40,276 nucleotides of DNA from Dimargaris cristalligena. Taxonomy: Eukaryota. Position numbers and translations under genes: made by a program. Shown one piece after another: positions 24,400 to 34,447 of the stretch (the stretch's first letter is position 1; every line of letters starts with the position of its first letter). The notes beneath the pieces are model-generated. The model did not search any database, had not been told where the DNA came from, and saw only the letters and a list, made by a program, of their open reading frames with translations. Where the stretch lies: positions 1-40,276 of the forward strand of contig ML002340.1 of the NCBI GenBank assembly GCA_003614675.1, read 5' to 3'.

Positions 24400-25587
24400 T
24401 TAGATGTATTGGGACAGCCAGCGGAAGCCTAGAGATTTCGGAAATTCGGTAAATGGGACATACAAGTAAATCAATAATAGTAGTAATACATGGATTAGCA
24501 GGGAAATATGACAGATATTAATGAAGATGGGTGTAATAATATGGCCGAAAAATAGACTGTCATTGGGGAATCTGCTTAAGATTAGAGAAGGATAGCCAAG
24601 TAGGGTGCCGGCGGGTCAGATCCTTCCGATCTAAGTGCATATATATATATATATATATATGCATATGCATAGGCGAATAATCGATAAGACTTACCATCAC
24701 CGTAGCCCTGTCTCATGACGATGGAGCACATGAACAGCTCAATGGGGCGAATGCCTTCGAGAGCGACCTTTCCCTTGCCGGTAGTCTGGTACAGCTGGAG
24801 GGCGTTTCGGAGTTCGTCTTCGGAGACGGCACCGGCAGCATCGATTTTGTTACCCAGAACCAGGAAAGGAACCTTGGATAGTTCCTCGACATCCAGCAGG
24901 GCGTTGAGCTCAGCGCAAGATTCAGAGAAACGCTCCCGGTCAGCGGAGTCGACCAGGAAAACGATGCCGTCAACCTCGGGGAAATAGTCCTTCCAGATAC
25001 GACGGGCTGATTAGCGGCGGCGGCAAAAATAAGAGCGAGAAAAGGGTATCAGGGAAATATTAGTCAGGCAAGCCAGTGGATAGAAAGGAGAATCGGTCGG
25101 ACAGTAGCAGAGACGCCGGTTACATGGTGGTGTAACGGAGAAGGAGGAGACGCTAAATTTGGACTTACCTTGCTGATGACCTCCCAAGTCGAAGGTGGTG
25201 AAGCGGACGTTGTTGATGCGGAGTTCTTCAGAGGTGGGGTGCAGAGTAGGCTGAAGAGTGGCCAGACGATCGTTCTTCATCATGTGCAGAAGGGTGGTCT
25301 TGCCGGCATTGTCGAGACCCAAAAACAGGATTTTGGCGTTTTTATCGACCAAGCCTGTGGGCATATATAGAGAGGAAGCAGCCGCCAATGAGGGAGGAAT
25401 TCGTTAGACTGGTTTTCAGAGGGTTATAGTCGACGCATGGGGCCTAAGTCAGCCAAACCGCAATAGCCCTGGATGATGAGACACCCGGTGTTCGGTTGCC
25501 GTCCTGCATGGGAGAAAGGCGGGTGGTGGGTTAACACGACTTACCGAAGGAGGCGAGGACATCCCAGAGCCAATTGACGAGAAACAT
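24400..25587 (-). CDS. SAR1: COPII small GTPase Sar1, 189 aa
   Basis: Exons 25587-25545, 25354-25169, 25006-24695, 24428-24400. [79 protein letters not shown]. Confidence 0.98.
24636..24663. repeat. (AT)11 microsatellite flanked by TGC/GCA (28-bp perfect palindrome) in SAR1 intron 3
   Basis: Read directly from the sequence. Confidence 0.85.
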
Positions 25588-26194
25588 GGTTATGTATGGT
25601 AGGAGTGGAAGGCGTGATGAAGCGAATGAATAACCGAATGGGGTCGGATGGAACAAAAGGCACTTAAAGAGTTAGCTGGTTGAAGTGAGTTGGAGCAATC
25701 GCAGGAATTGTGTGGGGAAGTTGGCTTGAGACTATAGCGGATGGGGGGAGGAGGCCCCTCTGGGCAGGTGAAACGGCGGGTGAGAGGGCCCAACAGCAGC
25801 CAACCACGATGTCGGCGCATACAACCGTCATGTCCCATGGGACGCACTCCGAAAGGCTTAGAAGAGCCATCCAGATGCATACATCCCATATAGAGGAAAA
25901 GGACACTTACAGTGCCAGAGTTAGTGTATTTGGTTTCCGCCCAATCCAGCCCGCTTTTTTTTCGGGACTAGGGAGGGGGTTAGTAGGAAGGAGGGCCCCT
26001 CACCGCCTGTCGCGCGTGGCCGCTTTCAACCGCCCCTCTTCCCAACTCCAGCTCCTCGTCGTCCGTTTCGTGTGTGGTTTGGATCCTACCTAGGCCTCCC
26101 CACCCGCTCACTCCCCTCCATCCTTTAATCCCTATTAACCTACTTCGTACCCTTCAACCCCATTCCAGCCCTCCCCCTGCCTTGCACCGACACT

Positions 26195-27182
26195 ATGGAC
26201 CGGAAACGCAAGTTGGAAGCCTTGGCCGCCAAGCGCCGTGCCGAACAGTCGGGTGAAGAGGCCCCCGCCTCCACCCAAGCCAAGACCAGAACCAGGCCAA
26301 GCGCCGCGTCTTCCACCAAGGCGAGTAGTAAGACCACTAAGAAGCGGACCTCTACCACCACCTCTACCTCTAGCTCTCGCCGCTCCACTTCCGACGCAGT
26401 CTCCCCTGCGAAGCGTCGTGAACAACCCGCGCCCACGCGTCGGACTGCCAAGGCACCCGCCAGCCCGCCTCCCCGCCGTGCCGCGGCTATGCGCCCCCGT
26501 CCCGCTAACCTGAACGAGGACGAGTATGACCTGGACGATGGGTTCCTAGTAGCCAGTGACGATGAAGACGAAGGTGACCTCACTCCCTCTGGTAAGCTAT
26601 TCTCGTGACCTCTGTCGTACAGGGCTACTTAACTCCACCGCCTCCAGTACCAGTGGTAACTACAATGCCAATTGGGCTGAAATTTGGTTGGGGACGTGTT
26701 TATATGCGGCAAAAGTACCTGTGTATCATTATCGTATATTTTTAGCCGGCAGTGGCCATACCCTTCTATCCCCACCCCACCCCCCTTTATCTGGCCATTT
26801 TACCGGTATCTGGCTAAACCCACCGACCTGAGCTCTCTGTAAACGCCACTCTTCCTTACCCATAGAATCGGACTCTGAGCCCGACTTCAGCGAGGACGAG
26901 CGCCCTGCTCGCCGTAAGAAGACTTCGGAGCCCAAGAAGGCCCCCAAAGTCAGCAAACCCAGCAAAAGCACGGAGAAGAAGAGTAAGCGTCCCAAGTCCC
27001 GTAAGGACGACGACGACGATATAGGGTTGGCGACGGATGAGTCGGATGCTGAAGATGACCTAACTGTGATGGACAAGAGTAACATCATTAGCAGTGGTTC
27101 GGGTCGGGCCGGTCGCCGCACCACCCGGGGCAGACGTATCGACTACAAGCAGTTTGGGCCGGATCCAAATGACTCGGAGTAG
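26195..27182 (+). CDS. Low-complexity, probably nuclear protein with C-terminal CHZ histone-chaperone motif (Chz1/HIRIP3-like), 237 aa
   Basis: Exons 26195-26591 and 26866-27182 (phase 1, GTAAGC..TAG). The C-terminus DAEDDLTVMDKSNIISSGSGRAGRRTTRGRRIDYKQF matches the CHZ pattern D-x-S-N-I-I..GRRTRG..IDY/F. The rest is basic and acidic tracts. Confidence 0.7.
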
Positions 27183-27740
27183 CTTATGCGGATCCTTCCG
27201 GGGCAGGCTATGGCCATTCTTTCCCACCACGGAAACGGACACGGGGACTATTACTGGGGATGGCTGCACCTGGGAAGCATTGTTTCCTATAATTTGAGGC
27301 TGCGGCCTGACCACATACCATTCGTTATTATTTGTTGCATTTCCCTTGATTATGAACCTGTCCCTCCGATTATCTTACTAGTATCCCTGGACACAGATGG
27401 AAATTTTGGCTGAATTTTCAACAAATGCATATACTGTGAATAAATGGCTATGGTTGATTGCTATTTATTAATATTGCAAAAAAGATCCAATTGTAGAAAA
27501 GTATAGCACGTATGCATGAAGTCAACGAGAAGATAGTCCGGGTGAGATGAAGGATGCTGTGATGTGAAACAGGCCCAAGCGGAAGAATGGTATATATATA
27601 TAAAATAAGGCAAACTGCCTATTCGGCATTGAAGAGCTACCCGATAAGGCTAAACAAACCGGGTCTTTGGAAGGAAATGAAAGGTTAATTTCGAACCATA
27701 AAATAGCGTCGGTTAAGAGCTAAAGTGCCAGGGGGTTTTT

Positions 27741-29142
27741 TTAGGCTGAGGCGACACCATCAGTACCCTGGTTTTGATTGGGGATCTGATCCTCGGGAAT
27801 ATACGTTACCGAATCACCAATAATTCTTTCTAGATCGTCGGAGCGGACCTGGATACCCAGACGACCATCGGTGAAGGTGAATAGAGGGTAAAACAGGGCC
27901 ATCTCAGACGAAGGCTGAATAGCGGCCACGTCGCTGACTTGGGCAAAGTTCTGGTAATGGGCCAGAGTTTCAGCATATCCGTAGGCCTTGAGCTCGGCAA
28001 TAAACCGAGTGGGAGTGGTCTTAAACAGCAGCTTACGCCGAGGATCATCCCGAATGGCGCTGGCCACGTCCCATTGCGCCGTTTCACAGGCCAGGATGTA
28101 GGCCAAAGCGTACAACTGTAGAGGGCGTGATTCGGGGTCATTGAACAGGTCCGCGAATTCTAGCATCGACCGGGCCTTTCCGGCAATCGCGTAGGCGGCC
28201 AGGATAGCCCGCAGGGTAAAGAAGGCATAAGGGCGTTCGGGTTCCAGGACGCTGGGACTATTGGACTGACGCACCGCCTGCGCAAAGGTTTGGTAGGCTT
28301 CCGGTACGGCGGTCGCCCAGGCGGAATCGTTGCTGGATTTATTCAGTAGGTTAACGACAAAGGTGGCGAGGTTGCTGGGCGACAGCACGTCAGTAAGCGC
28401 TAACATGGGGAAGGCCGCACGACGCTGGGTGACAGTCAACGCTCCGAAATCCACGTGTTTCCAGTGGCGGCGGATGTTCGCATATTCGTCCGAGAATTCT
28501 GCAACCGCCGTATTCGCCTCCGGCACAGGGGCGGCCGAGTTGAGTTGGTCCCAGTATGTAAGGGCCAACCAGGTATAGGACGACTGAATCACCAGTCTAT
28601 CGGCCTGAACCAAGAGTTCGGCCATTTCTTCGGCGGTGATGTGACTGTCATTGAGGTTGGGCTGGGCCTCTACGACCTCTTCCCATCTGCCAATCAACAT
28701 TACCATTTGTTTAAACTATGCCGGTATAAAATAAACGTGGTATAGATCATCAATAGTTATTAGAATACCATTGAAACCCCCGGGGAAACATTGCTGCGAC
28801 ATGCATGGAAATACCATCACACAGTCCATCGACATTTACTAGGTTGTGGCCTATACAGGTGTTGAATAGACTTACCTGGTGCGAAATTCCGCTGGTATAC
28901 GCATCAACGGCTCTCTTCCAGCTGTTAGAGATCTGGCCTTGTTTGTACAACTGTTGAATGGGCAGACGTTCAATCACCAAGCTACGCTCAACAGCCGGGA
29001 TACCCAAAAAGGTTCGGCTCAGTCGATGCCGCAAAGTGCGAACCGGCCCGTTGATGTCACGGTGCCGAAACTCTTCCGCGATGCTTCCGGCAAGAGCCAG
29101 CGTCATCAGGGTCAAAGAGGCCGTCAGGGTAGAGAACTTCAT
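27741..29142 (-). CDS. Secreted orphan protein (413 aa) with signal peptide and F-box-like N-terminal motif
   Basis: Exons 29142-28876 and 28715-27741 (phase 0, CAG|GTAAGT..CATAG|) join two separate ORF-track ORFs. MKFSTLTASLTLMTLALAGS is a typical signal peptide. Function is inferred. Confidence 0.8.
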
Positions 29143-29428
29143 GTTGAATCAATGGCAGTTAGGAAGCTGAGAGCTGGCTAGAAAACGTGGGTTAATCGAT
29201 TATAAACGTGCGAGCTATTCGATGATAACTTTAAAAACTGGGACTTGAGGAAAAGTGCCTACGACTAGGAATTAAAAGACGTAAGTTCTGTAAGGCTAAA
29301 TTAAAGAGAAATGGCACCAGCCGTCGTTAATGGGAAACCAGTCAATGGTGTGCAAATGCAAAGTAAAAAAACGAAAACGAGGAGGAAATAATCGCTGGAA
29401 TGAGCCTAGGTTAGGGTAAGGCAATGGG

Positions 29429-29436
29429 CTTTTATA
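29429..29436 (-). promoter_or_regulatory. TATA box (TATAAAAG) ~290 bp upstream of the secreted-protein gene
   Basis: Perfect TATAWAWR match on the coding strand; the transcription start is unknown. Confidence 0.4.
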
Positions 29437-31217
29437 CCCCATTGCTACCATAGTACAGCTCTCGATAATTCTTCAGCAAAGCAAAAAAAAACAAGACTTA
29501 ACTAACCAGTTGGGGAGGGCAGCGCGCAATTGAAGGGCTGAGCAGGCGAAATTCAGCACCATTGGCAACGGGCGCGCTATAAATGGACCTTTAGGTAAGG
29601 AATTGGTTGCTCAAATGGTGACTCCGTCGACGGTAGCGACTGTGGGCGGGGTCGCACAGGCCTCTCGCTAATGGCTCCCCCTTACCCGGTGGTACGACCA
29701 AATACATCTTCCTTCTCCAATTATTATATTCACAGACCCATTCTCTCATTCAACTGAAGGGTCACGAAGGTTACTTTAGATCTATAGGTGAGCCACCATT
29801 GGATTCCATATTGCAACTGCCAAGTATTATCCGACAGGCCGCCCGTGCAAAACGCTTTCCTGTTCCCCTCGTTACGCGTCCTATTCTTCGCGCACTGTCG
29901 ATTAATCCTTCTAAGTCCGGTACATTGGGGGACTCCAACATGCACATTACTACCGTAGATACTCTACATTTTATCCCTTGCTTTAATGAAAATCCTACAG
30001 TATCCGATAGGCGGCACTCCCTGACATGCCATTTAACTAAATTACTACTATACCTATGTCCATACTCACAAGCCGACAGCAGGCATCGGTTTGGTACATA
30101 TACCAATAATAATATTAATAATAATAGCTAATAAAAGAACCGGAAGAACTGGTGCTCCCGTTTATTTGGGGGCAACGCAGCGGAGCCTGCGTCAGGAGCA
30201 CAGACAGGATATATATGAACAGTATTAGACTGGCAGTGTACCCTCGCACCACCCTGGTGATCACCAAGTCCCTATAAATATGCCTAGACAGCGAAACGGG
30301 GGTTTCCGGTGGGTACCAAATGGTATGGGTACATTCAAGCCGCTTACCCAAGAAGCCGGCAAGCTATAGAAAACGCAACTCAATAGCTTGCTGTTGAAGC
30401 GGTCCTTTGGTGAAATAGTGGTCATGCGAGGTGTTTGCAAACCTTCAAATGGAATATCGGGGGTTTCTTGGGAATTTTGCGTGTCCTTTGGCGGGCAATA
30501 TGGGCCCCAATTAAACCTAATCACAATGACCTACGCCAATTCAATGGCTTCCGGTTACAGATATATGTGATACAGACAGTTAAGCTTACAGGCCGTTACG
30601 CTTCCAAATGAGCCACACGTCAAGGGGTCGAAGTAAAATTTTAATCGGCATAGTAATAAAACCAGCCTCATCAATACTGGAATATGTGGCCTGCGTCTCC
30701 AGAAACTGTAAACTCGGGGAATCTCTTCTAATCAAGAAATGAAGAGGTCAATCCACTACCCCTCGATCAAACATGTAAATACCTTAGTTATACTACTTTA
30801 AGTGATTATACATTCCGCCTGATGGCCAACCTAATGGCCAGGGGCCAGAATCGGCAAGGAAGCCCCCACAGTGTTGTCTCCCGAGCCCCCCTAACGAATC
30901 ATCTATAGCGACAACAGCCCCGCTAATGGTATTATTCAATACCAATCATGAAACCCTAAATTATACGATGATCTATAATTAATAACATGGAATCAGGCCT
31001 AATAAATGGGCAAAGTAACCTAGAAGAGTAATTTTTAATATCAATCACGCACTCTAGACGAGGACACAGCGTAGCTTCGAATCACCATCAATTAAAAAAA
31101 ATTAATGAATCGGAAACACGAATGGGTTTTATGAGTGTTACATAATATTCGAGGTAAACCCCGCACGGCGAAAGACAGTGTGTGGAAAGGGTAGGGTGTG
31201 AGAGAGTGTGAAGATAT

Positions 31218-32085
31218 TTAGTTGCTCTTCTTGCGGAAGGAGCAGCCCTCGGTCAGCTTGGCGCGACCACCAGTGGGCTGGCACAGAACAGTGGAGCAGC
31301 CGTTGCAGACAACGACGGACTGGGAGTGGCTGAAGACAGTGGTCAGGTTGAAGCAACCGGGACACTTGACGTCCATGAAGAAGGAGTTGGGGGACTGTAC
31401 CAAGCGCTTAAGCTTGTGCTTGCGTCTCTCGGACTCGGCGGTGGGGTTCAGGAGATCGATGGCTAACTGGGAATGGGGAAAAATTATATGAATATGCGCA
31501 GGGAGGGGAATGGGTGAAGCGGATTAGTCGAGTGGGTCTTAGCAATTGCTGCAATACGGGTTATAGATGGGCTACAATATTTAAAGTCGGGAGATTCCAG
31601 AAAGGACCCTCCCATTAAAAACGCACAGTCGTCGTGCTAATCGAATGCAGCGAAAAGAGGAACGTATGCGCCGTACAGTCCGACCAACTAATCCACCAAG
31701 GTCAGGCCGACGAGAGAAGCTGGCCGATTCACGCTGATCCGGTTTGGCATGGAATCAGGTCAAGTCGACAACCACTCAGCTTAAAAATAGCCAAGTAGGA
31801 AGCGAATGTCTTTCGGCCGGTTCTCTCATCGTCGAGGAAACATCCATCCGATCCGATCCATTCAGTTGGCGTTCGACAACTTGAGCGAGTCTGGCCGTAA
31901 CTGACCATCCAACGAACGGCGTATTACCAACATATGGATAGATGGATGGATGGATGGGTCGACCGGGGACATCGTTCGAGGGGCTGTTCGCGTAGTTGCA
32001 CTCTTTCGTTACCGATACCGATAGGAGCGACGACGATGACGGGTGATCAGATGGGTGTAGGTTCGTAAGGCGCACATACCACCAT
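31218..32085 (-). CDS. RPS27: 40S ribosomal protein S27 (eS27), 84 aa
   Basis: Micro-exon ATGGTG at 32085-32080 with donor GTATGT, a 613-nt intron, then exon 31466-31218 encoding [64 protein letters not shown]. Confidence 0.97.
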
Positions 32086-32934
32086 GGTGAATTCGTTTGA
32101 TAATGCTCTTGAGCGTGGGCTATAGAGGACGAACCGAAGAGAAGGGCACAAGTCGAATGACGAAATTCGAGAAAGAGAAGGGACAAGGATAGGCGAGGTA
32201 GGCCGAGTTCAAAAGGAGGTATTCTCAAGCGGTCGGGTATGGCTGTAGCTGTTATACGGCCATAGTTTTGTTTGCCATGTGTGTGGATGGACTCTATTAG
32301 TGTGTCCCAAAGTCCACCATTTCTTTGACCCACCCCACCATACCGGCGAATTTTCGGGGTAGCATGTCTCTCCTACAATCTACCCTAATTATCAACCTTG
32401 GCACACATTGAATAGAAAAAGTGTACCATGGTCCAACAAGGGGAAGGCTATGTTGTCACGTGATTGTAATTGATTAAATGGTAGCCCTCCCACATTCGCC
32501 TTTATCGAGGCCAACATGGATTAGACTAACTAAACAGTATAATTAAGACAAGACACCACTATATGGTGCCATCACCACTTTTCACATGGTGGGAGGGCAG
32601 CAGCATAGAATCACTCCTACTCGGCCGCTCTCATGCTACATGGGTACTATTGATGCCATGGTTAAAGGAAAGTCACAAATTCATGTGATAAGTCAAACCA
32701 TAGCCACTATGCTGGCCAAACGGTGGGTGCATTTAAAGACCCCCCCTCCTCACAACCGCCGGGGAACTGCCCCATTTAGACATTTCCTTAACACCCTCAG
32801 TTCTTTTATTTAGGCACCGGGCAATGTTTCTTTCCCCCCTTCCTTGCCCAACGAAGGTCTAATGCCCCACTCCTTCATTTCGTTTTACACCCTACCATTT
32901 GCCTCCGCTTTATAACTCAAGTCCAGCCAGCCCC

Positions 32935-33843
32935 ATGACAACTAAGCCTTCGTATTTCGGACACCCCTCGTTCGATCACGCCGTCGCGGGCATGGGTGCC
33001 GCCACCGTGTCCACCCTTACTCTCCAACCGCTCGACTTGGTCAAAACCCGTCTACAGGCGGACGAGTCCGTCAAGACCCCGAAGAGCCGTCTCCTCGGGC
33101 GGTCCTGGCGGGTGTTCCGTTCGGTAGTCCAGGAGGAGGGGCTGCGAGGACTCTACCGCGGCCTCACGCCCAACTTAGCCGGAAACATCGCGAGCTGGGG
33201 CCTCTATTTCTTCTGGTACGACACCATCAAACAGTACCAGGGGCGGCACAACGGAACGGCCCACCCCCACCTCAGTGCCACCCAGTACCTGGTCGCCGCG
33301 GCGGAGGCGGGGGCCCTGACCCAGCTCTGCGCCAACCCGCTCTGGGTGGTCAAGACCCGGATGTTCACCACCAGTCGATCGGCTCAGGATGCCTACCGGG
33401 GTCTCTGGCATGGCCTACGCAGTATCTACCGCACCGAAGGGATCCGGGGCCTCTACAAGGGCCTCGTTCCCGGCCTGTTCGGAGTTTCCCACGGATCGCT
33501 GCAGTTCATGGCCTACGAGTCGATGAAACGGTGGCGAAACGATACCCCGGGTACCAACCTTAACCCCATCGAGTACATGACCATGGCCGCCAGCTCCAAG
33601 GTATTTGCTACCGTCTGTACCTACCCCTACCAGGTGGTTCGGACACGCCTTCAGAATCAGCGGGGGCCGGGCTCGGCCCTGAGTCTGGTCGACCTCACCG
33701 TAAAAATATACCAACACGAAAGTTTCCTTGGCTTCTACAAAGGACTTGGTCCTAATATTGTCCGGGTACTTCCTGGAACCTGTATTACGTTTGTTGTGTA
33801 TGAGTTTTTGAGCCATTATTTCCAGGATCACGCGCGGTTTTAG
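32935..33843 (+). CDS. FLX1: Mitochondrial FAD/folate carrier (Flx1/SLC25A32 family), intronless
   Basis: Three carrier repeats (QPLDLVKTRLQ, NPLWVVKTRM, YPYQVVRTRLQ) and family-typical SWGLYFFWY and GLFGVSHGSLQFMAYE. ATG at 32935. Confidence 0.88.
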   Translation: MTTKPSYFGHPSFDHAVAGMGAATVSTLTLQPLDLVKTRLQADESVKTPKSRLLGRSWRVFRSVVQEEGLRGLYRGLTPNLAGNIASWGLYFFWYDTIKQYQGRHNGTAHPHLSATQYLVAAAEAGALTQLCANPLWVVKTRMFTTSRSAQDAYRGLWHGLRSIYRTEGIRGLYKGLVPGLFGVSHGSLQFMAYESMKRWRNDTPGTNLNPIEYMTMAASSKVFATVCTYPYQVVRTRLQNQRGPGSALSLVDLTVKIYQHESFLGFYKGLGPNIVRVLPGTCITFVVYEFLSHYFQDHARF

Positions 33844-34447
33844 TCGGGTTTTCGAGGGACCGCTGTATAGTAATATATATATATATCTCCTGATTGAACC
33901 TGTATACCACTGGACATGTTACCATGGTACTAACTAATACATAGGGCTCTATTTTGTAGAAGCGCATTACTTTACATTTGATAATTTTTATCACTTGAGT
34001 AGACCCCCATGGTATATATCGATGAATACTTTAAATACTAGGAGGTTTAATGAGGGCTGGAGAATATATGTAATTCAATATCCTATATATAGATTTAACA
34101 GACCATGGTTGTCAGTCGAATTCGATCACAGATTATAGCAGTCAGGAAAATATGGGGCATATGTGGGACAGTTTCGCCCAATATGATAAGAATAGATGAA
34201 ACTTTGCCTTTGAAGTGGGCTTTGTAAATGGAAGGTTATGGTGCAGATTGATTGAGGGAGGGGGGAAAGGGAAGGGGGCAGAAGCGTGACAGAGCGTAAC
34301 AAAAAGTAGGCCGGGTGCTAGATAGAAAAAAGTACAGTACGAATGAATAATTAAAATTAAACCCTGGATATAGCGAAGGTGTTAAAGAAAAGGAGTGGGT
34401 AAATGATAGTCTGGTCTATGCGGGTGACGGGCTTTAGGCATAGCCAT

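Noticed and set aside
25667-25910. Possible 5' UTR intron of SAR1 (GTAAGT at 25910 on the minus strand)
   Set aside because: Several alternative acceptors exist and there is no reading-frame constraint to test them; it cannot be supported without transcripts.
29730-30570. Short ORFs (60-111 aa) on both strands between the secreted gene and RPS27
   Set aside because: They overlap each other, have no recognisable motifs and give no consistent spliced coding model.
31770-31832. Faint resemblance to U14 snoRNA (GATGA..ACATTCGC..CTGAGTG)
   Set aside because: Domain A is incomplete (no AGTTTC after CATTCGC), the domain B guide is absent and box C is imperfect.
31700-31835. SECIS-like pattern (ATGA-N12-AAA) on the minus strand
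   Set aside because: The complementary arm is about 85 nt away and lacks the 3' GA of the quartet. It lies in an intron rather than a 3' UTR, and no in-frame TGA selenoprotein candidate is nearby.
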